A DNA stretch of 64,000 nt, from assembly GCA_046563655.1 (NCBI GenBank), contig CM102285.1, positions 6,014,001 to 6,078,000 on the forward strand, written 5' to 3'. Source of the DNA: Yuukianura sp. NJ FZ-2021. Its lineage: Eukaryota. Each line of letters starts with the position of its first letter. The stretch's first letter is position 1. A program made the translations under genes and the position numbers. This document shows, in pieces, positions 47,986-64,000 of the stretch. A model generated the notes under the pieces. That model saw only the letters and a program-made list of their open reading frames with translations, was not told the DNA's origin and did no database searches.

Positions 47986-48198
47986 GCTTATAGTTTGAGA
48001 CTGGTTTCTGAACTGATGATTGCTAGTCTCAAAACTCGCTGTTTAAGTACTACTTGGACAACGTTTGAAATGCTATTTTGAAATTTTTTCAAAAACGTTT
48101 TTTCTAAAGAAATGTTATTTTGAGAACTTTTCAAGAAAAAACGTTTTTCTTGAGAAAAGATATTTTTCCAAGAACTCAATCCTTAACTAAAAATAAAT

Positions 48199-48341
48199 AA
48201 AAAAAATAATAACATTGACCCCAGTCTTGTATCTAAGTACTTGTAACTTCTTACCCACAAGCGTTGACCCGTGTGGTATTCGAACCAGCGGCCGTAGAGA
48301 AGTAGTTACAAGCACTTAGACACTAGGCTAGAGTCAATGTT
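48199..48341 (-). ncRNA. Putative Pol III-transcribed, tRNA-like long-hairpin RNA (VA RNA-like)
   Basis: On the minus strand: A box TAGCCTAGTGT (48330-48320), B box GGTTCGAATAC (48286-48276), a 61-position stem 48341/48211 (44 WC, 11 G-U, 6 mismatches) with a 9-nt loop, and a T8 run (48206-48199) starting 4 nt after the stem. Confidence 0.7.
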
Positions 48342-48371
48342 CGAATTTTCTATACAAAAATTTCACTACTT

Positions 48372-48505
48372 GTTTTTTGTTGTCGACTTTTTTGTTATCG
48401 ACATTTTTTGTCGACATTTTTGTTTTCGATCTTTTTTTTTTTTTGTCGACATTTTTGTTGTTGACATTTTTGTTGTCGACTTTTTTGTTGACGACATTTT
48501 TTTGT
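48372..48505. repeat. Right subterminal ~15-bp tandem repeats
   Basis: About 8 units of TTTTTGTTGTCGAC(A). Confidence 0.75.
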
Positions 48506-48510
48506 CATTG

Positions 48511-48601
48511 TGAGTTTTTTCCCTCCCCAATATTGCGGCCGACTAACCCCCGTGGCTGTTCTAAAAATAAATGAGCCCGTTGTCCCACCCAGCTATCTAC
48601 T
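48511..48601 (-). repeat. Polinton right TIR (91 bp)
   Basis: Exact reverse complement of 31655-31745. Confidence 0.97.
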
Positions 48602-48606
48602 TATAC

Positions 48607-48964
48607 AATGTTTCTTGAAGCTGATAGCGGAGTGCTTGGTGCGCATGGCTTAATCTTCAACGGAAGCGAAGCAGCCGGTTGCATTGTTTCGGCCATTTTG
48701 AAACTTTTGGAGCCGAACCTCATAACACAGGCGAAGCTTTATCCGGAATTTCCTCGACTCAAGACGGATATTGTTCCGTTGATGGGTGCCGTACCTGTTC
48801 CGGGAGCTTTAATTGCAACGCAATTTGACAAGTACTTTTGGTACCATCATTCTCAGGCGGATACTATTGAGGCCATTGACCCCGATGACCTTGACATTTG
48901 CCTTGCCTTGTGGACTGCCCTCTCGTATGTGCTTGGAAACTTGAGTATCATGCTTCCGCGGTAA
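48607..48964 (+). pseudogene. CPQ: Carboxypeptidase Q, 3' remainder of the split exon
   Basis: Removing the element and one TSD copy restores the in-frame ELEQYT|MFLEADSG...KYFWYHHSQADT...LPR*. Confidence 0.9.
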
Positions 48965-49404
48965 ACGTTTCACTAAAACGTTTTTGCGTTTTTGGTAGAA
49001 ACTATACAATACTTTATTAAGAATTTGCCAATGACTGCGCCAGTAACCTTCGGATCCAATTACAACTGTAATCCTAATCACTGCGGAAAACTTCCAGAAA
49101 ATCAACATTAGAATAATTTGGTTTTGTTTACCTAAAGTGTTAGTCTTTGTAAACAAAGCTAACGCGGCAAGCTGGAATAAAATCAGCAAGTCCATGATTG
49201 CCAGATAAGAGTTAGCAGTTTTATCATGTCTTACTTATTGCTCTCCGCCTCAAAAATATAGACTAAAGATGAATGTCATTTTTAGTAAAAGCAATACGCC
49301 GCCACGCATAATTTTTTCGTATAAAATTATGACAATGTGATCCGTATACTAAAACTATTTCAAGGAAAAGAAAATTGCACAATTGAATAAAACCTACTGA
49401 AACA

Positions 49405-51619
49405 ATGAGTAGCACGGTCGAAATCGACAGTGAATGTCGGATTGGTTCTGAAATAATTCCTGAACGAGAAGTAAGTCCTAGTTGTTGTAAAGTCAAATTA
49501 AATTAAATGTATAAATAGATATATATAATTTTCTTAATTACTTTTGAGAATATTATATTAAAAAAAAACGTTTCTAACTAGGACCCATCGATTCGGATTC
49601 ATTTTGTCGTCGCCGAAAGTGTTTCGGCTATTTTATCAGCCGTCGGAAACGCATTTGTGATTTACGTATTCTATAACACTAGGCGCATTAGAAGTACACG
49701 AAATTATTACATCGTTTCCTTAGCCGGTGAGTTATCGCGAATTATTACAGTAATGGTGATATTTGATAAAATATTTTTATATTTAAATAAATAATAATGT
49801 ATTATAATATCTTACCTTATATGATCAATAGGAGCGGACTTTTTAATGGGAGTAATGGGAACTCCATTTTCAATTGCGACGAGTCTGGGTTATCCTCGAA
49901 ATTTCGTTGCTTGTCGCTTCGCAATTTCTTCAATAATGTTCCTGGGAGCAGTTTCAATTTATGGGATCGTGGCCGTGGCTTTTGACCGCTATTTGGCTAT
50001 TTCGAATCCATTTAACTACTATCGCCTCATTCACACATCTACAGCAATAGGTAATGCACTTTATAAGTATTTGAAATAGTTAAACCAAAATACAATGTTT
50101 TTTTTTTTTTTTTTGCAAAAAAGTAGAGATTTACTATTTACAAAGCCAAAGTTTATTCATTTTGAAAATTATGGAAGGTAATTTCAAGAAAACCGGTAAT
50201 GTAAACTTTTTCCAGACAAGCTCCTTTGGCTTAATCTCATTCCAGAAGTTATTAATTTTGACAAAAAGTGGCAGAAAACGTTTTAATTTGTTGTGAACAA
50301 CCTTGCAGTAATAAATTACGAAACATACGCTAACGATTAGTGTAATCTTCGAGGAATTTATACAAACGCAATAATAAATGTTTTGCTTAAGTTTTAACGT
50401 TTTAGTCTTTATAAAAAAATTAATGTAATTAGAAGCGAAAACTGTTTTTTTTACTGAAACAAGCTTCATTACGTTTTTTATGGATAGATGTCCTTGTTCA
50501 TAACAAAATTTGTGGACATAATGATATCTCTCGTAATTTATGCAAAGTTTGATCTGGTGCGTGAATTTTGGTGTGACCTTACTTTCCCGGAAATTGAAAC
50601 TTTTTTTGGGTTCTGATTGCACAGGGATTTGCTGTGTCTGTTGGGGTTTTGGCGGATTGATTGGATTTTTGCCGCTGTTTGGATGGTACAATCCTTACGG
50701 AGAAAACTGCTTTAATGAATTTGGCTACTGTTTGTTTACGGATGTAATTCATGACACTTACCTGCAGTTCTTCTATGTCTTCAACGTTATATTCTTAACG
50801 ATTCTTCTGATTGGATTCTATGGCGGCATTTATCGAATTATTGTAACAAAGGTATTGGAATTCGAGATATAAATACAAAATAATAATTTCTAAGGTAATA
50901 AAACTACTTTAATTCATTACTGTGAAAAGTGTTGTTTTGAAAGATGAAAAAAGATGATGCAATGATCGAAGGAATTCAAAGGCCGAATGAAAATTTGAGA
51001 CGATTGGATTCACCAGATTCATGTCAATTGGAATCCTCGTGTGGTGGATTTATCGAACACGTTTCGCTAGAAATCGGACGTTATCGTTGGAAAGAGGTGA
51101 AAGCTGCCAAAAAAGTTGGATTTATCATATTCTTTTTCATGGTACGTAAATTTCGTGCAGTAACAACGTTATTTCAAAAAACTGCTTCAAAGAATAGTAA
51201 TACAATAATTTGTTGTTTTTTTTTGAAAAGCAGCTCTGTTGGATGCCTTCCACCATTTTGAACTTAATTTATGTGAGTTTGAATTCAAGAATTTTTTCAA
51301 TTTAAAAAGAGTTTGCCGCCAATTCTCTTTTAAACTTCTTTTTTTTTAGACATTTCATCCATCTTTTTACGTTCCTCTTGACGTGCTTGACTGGGCAGTG
51401 ATCCTGTCTCATGCAAATTCGGCTTTGAATCCGTTTCTCTACGCCTACCATCTTGAAGAATTTCGCACCGCGATGAAACTTACACTGAGACGTTTGTTTT
51501 GTTGCAAACAACAATCGGATGTCAATGACCTTCCGCCGACAAGACGCCGGCCAAAATCAAGAACAATCTCTGACGTCACAAATGTGGGCAGTGTTAGCGT
51601 TTCTACGTTAGGTATTTGA
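49405..51619 (+). CDS. Adenosine receptor-like class A GPCR, 7 exons
   Basis: Exons 49405-49470, 49582-49726, 49832-50050, 50625-50851, 50944-51141, 51234-51272, 51350-51619. Motifs GN, NYYIVSLAGADFLMG..GTPF, DRYLAI, GFLPLFGW, EVKAAK, CWMP, LSHANSALNPFLYAY. Confidence 0.88.
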
Positions 51620-51834
51620 ACAAACAAAATTTACGGGAGGATTTACAACAAGAACAAACTAAAAGTAACAAACAACAAACAAAAGATGTTGACTACAAAC
51701 CCGGGTTTTTGCGCATACGCTCTTTGTTGTACATTTTAAAGGCATTTTAAATATTTTCAAGTATTATCTACAGTATTTTTATCCTAATTTAGGGTAAGAT
51801 CGATGTGTACTGTGCTAGTGTAAGCGTGTGAGTC

Positions 51835-62178
<10,344 letters not shown>

Positions 62179-64000
62179 GTCTGCCTAAAATGGACAACAA
62201 GTTATGTAAAATTTTTGAAAAATAATGTTTTAGTAAATCGAAATTTTTGGAACAGACTTGTATAGTTGAAATTTTAGTCAAAACAATACACACTTTGTGA
62301 CATTTTCTCACAGAATAAAGTCTTTGCTGCTCTCTGCCTGCTCCACAATGATTGATTGCTGAATTTGCTACACCAAAACCACTCAAAGGCTTTCTCTGCA
62401 TTGATGTGGTGAAGTTAACACTTTTTCACCTCGTCATAGCCTGCAATAGCCTCTAGTGTTTTATTTAATTAGACTGAATTTAGTAACTTCAACTAATTGT
62501 AAAGGCATCAAAATATCTAAACTAACGCTAATGATTTTTTCAAGAAAAAGTATATGTCTCAAGAAGAATTATGTTTCAAGAAAATTCTAAAAAGATCGAA
62601 AAAACTACTAAATATAAATTCCATTTCAACCGCGGAACTAATACTGAATAGTTCAAATTGGATCAATATTAGGTAGAACGCACGGCTGATTTTAACATTC
62701 CATCTTATGTATGTTTTGGACTTTAAAGAAATACTTGTTCTGTTTTGTATTCCAATCGTTTGGCACGCTAGCTTTGAATTCCTAATTTATTTAGTGTTTC
62801 GTGAACTTATTGAAATGTTTGTTCAAGCTGAAGCAATTATTCTTTACATGTTATAAAGTTTAGCTTAGTTTGAAGTTTCAAAACTTATCTCGCATGTCTG
62901 CCTGTGAATTTCAAGTTAAGAAAAGTTTAGTCTTCATAAGTAATTATTTTGTCGTAAACTTACAAAATTCTCCGTCGCTTTGAAACAGTAGTGTTAGAAG
63001 TTAAATTTACAACCTAATTCAAACTGATATCGCCTAACCAATTGAATTCGTCTTTGGAGTGTCACTCATCGCCGAAAGAAAGCTTGGTTATTGGGAGTGC
63101 CACTTACTGCGGCACAACGCCTACAGAAACTGGCTTAATTCGTCCTGATTTAGGCTACTTTAAATTAGTCAATTAGTTGCAAATGAGCCATCCGTAATTA
63201 ATTCAAAAGCGTATGAGTTTGTTCGGATGCGGTACCATTCTAATTGAACGCTGAACTTAACTCTGAATTTTCAATTTCGGATTGATCAATTCAACGCTTG
63301 TGACATATAAGTACTTCCGCGTCAAAACCCACAGTTTTGGAATTCTCAATTCCTGGCGTTTGGAAGAACTTTGCTTAAAAGGGGCAAGCTAATGTGCATT
63401 GTTGTGAGAAATAAGTATATTTATATTGATTTACTAATAAGACAATAATGCACCCAAAATAATTACACATTTTGTTGAAACAAGTTTTAGCGTCCGGGTC
63501 AAATATTGCCTGCTTGATAACAAAATATTTAGTTTAGGTATTAATATAGCATATTACATATTCAAAAACATATTTTCTTTATTTTAGGCTGCATTTTAAA
63601 GGACAAAACCGCTGTTGAATTCTGTGGTTTAATAACAGAGATCGAAAACATCGACTCATTTTCGTTTATTTCAAAAATTGGCTTACGTTTTCGTCCGCGT
63701 TGGAAAATGTTTACGGTAATGGAAGCGAATGCAGTGGTAAGACATAATACATGTTAATAATGAAGTTATTAAAATTTAAAACAGTCATACACATGTATAG
63801 TTGCAGTTGGGGAAAAGCAAACGTAAATTGCTTATGACTCAAAAATTTGAACATTTTTTTTGTAGAAAACCGCCAAAAAGGGGGATGAAGAGCAATGCCA
63901 AAATGGTGCACTGATTGACGTAACCAAATCGCCGCAGAAAATTGCTGACGAAGATCATCGCCAACGGCAAAACTTATGAAATGGAAGAAGAAGCAACGGG

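Larger units (their letters stand above)
31655..48601. mobile_element. Polinton/Maverick (adintovirus-like endogenous virus), 16,947 bp
   Basis: AGT...ACT ends, perfect 91-bp TIRs and TATAC duplicated at 31650-31654 and 48602-48606. Encodes pPolB, ATPase, RVE integrase, adenain-like protease, and major and minor capsid proteins. Confidence 0.97.

Noticed and set aside
48264..48337. Functional tRNA gene
   Set aside because: The acceptor stem and boxes are tRNA-like, but the anticodon loop (about 10 nt), D stem and T stem are irregular, and the much longer full hairpin should dominate.

Overview
Eukaryotic, intron-rich genomic DNA. TCAGT-type initiators and TTAGG repeats suggest an arthropod, which is an inference. 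From left to right: (1) 1-6.1 kb is a cluster of MITE/foldback elements overlapping the 5' part of a Phactr (RPEL/PP1 regulator) gene, about 4.3-11.3 kb on +. (2) 12.96-29.72 kb is a satellite array of about 80 x 209 bp, bracketed by imperfect inverted ends. (3) A carboxypeptidase Q (M28) gene whose last exon is split by a full-length 16,947-bp Polinton/Maverick (adintovirus-like) element at 31655-48601, with perfect 91-bp TIRs and a TATAC target-site duplication. The element encodes pPolB (three introns at catalytic motifs and one frameshift), a packaging ATPase, an intron-containing RVE integrase, an adenain-like protease, major and minor capsid proteins and core proteins. Its accessory cargo is an F-box-like protein, a 4-exon Ulp1/C48-like protease, and two ORFs sharing an unrecognised repeat domain. 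The most notable feature lies near the right end: a 131-nt, tRNA-like, apparently Pol III-transcribed long hairpin RNA gene (A box, B box, T8 terminator, strand-biased G-U pairing) resembling adenovirus VA RNA. (4) An adenosine-receptor-like GPCR on + and an ABCC4/MRP4-like transporter on -, the latter with repeat-filled introns. All calls come from reading the sequence by eye; no searches were run.
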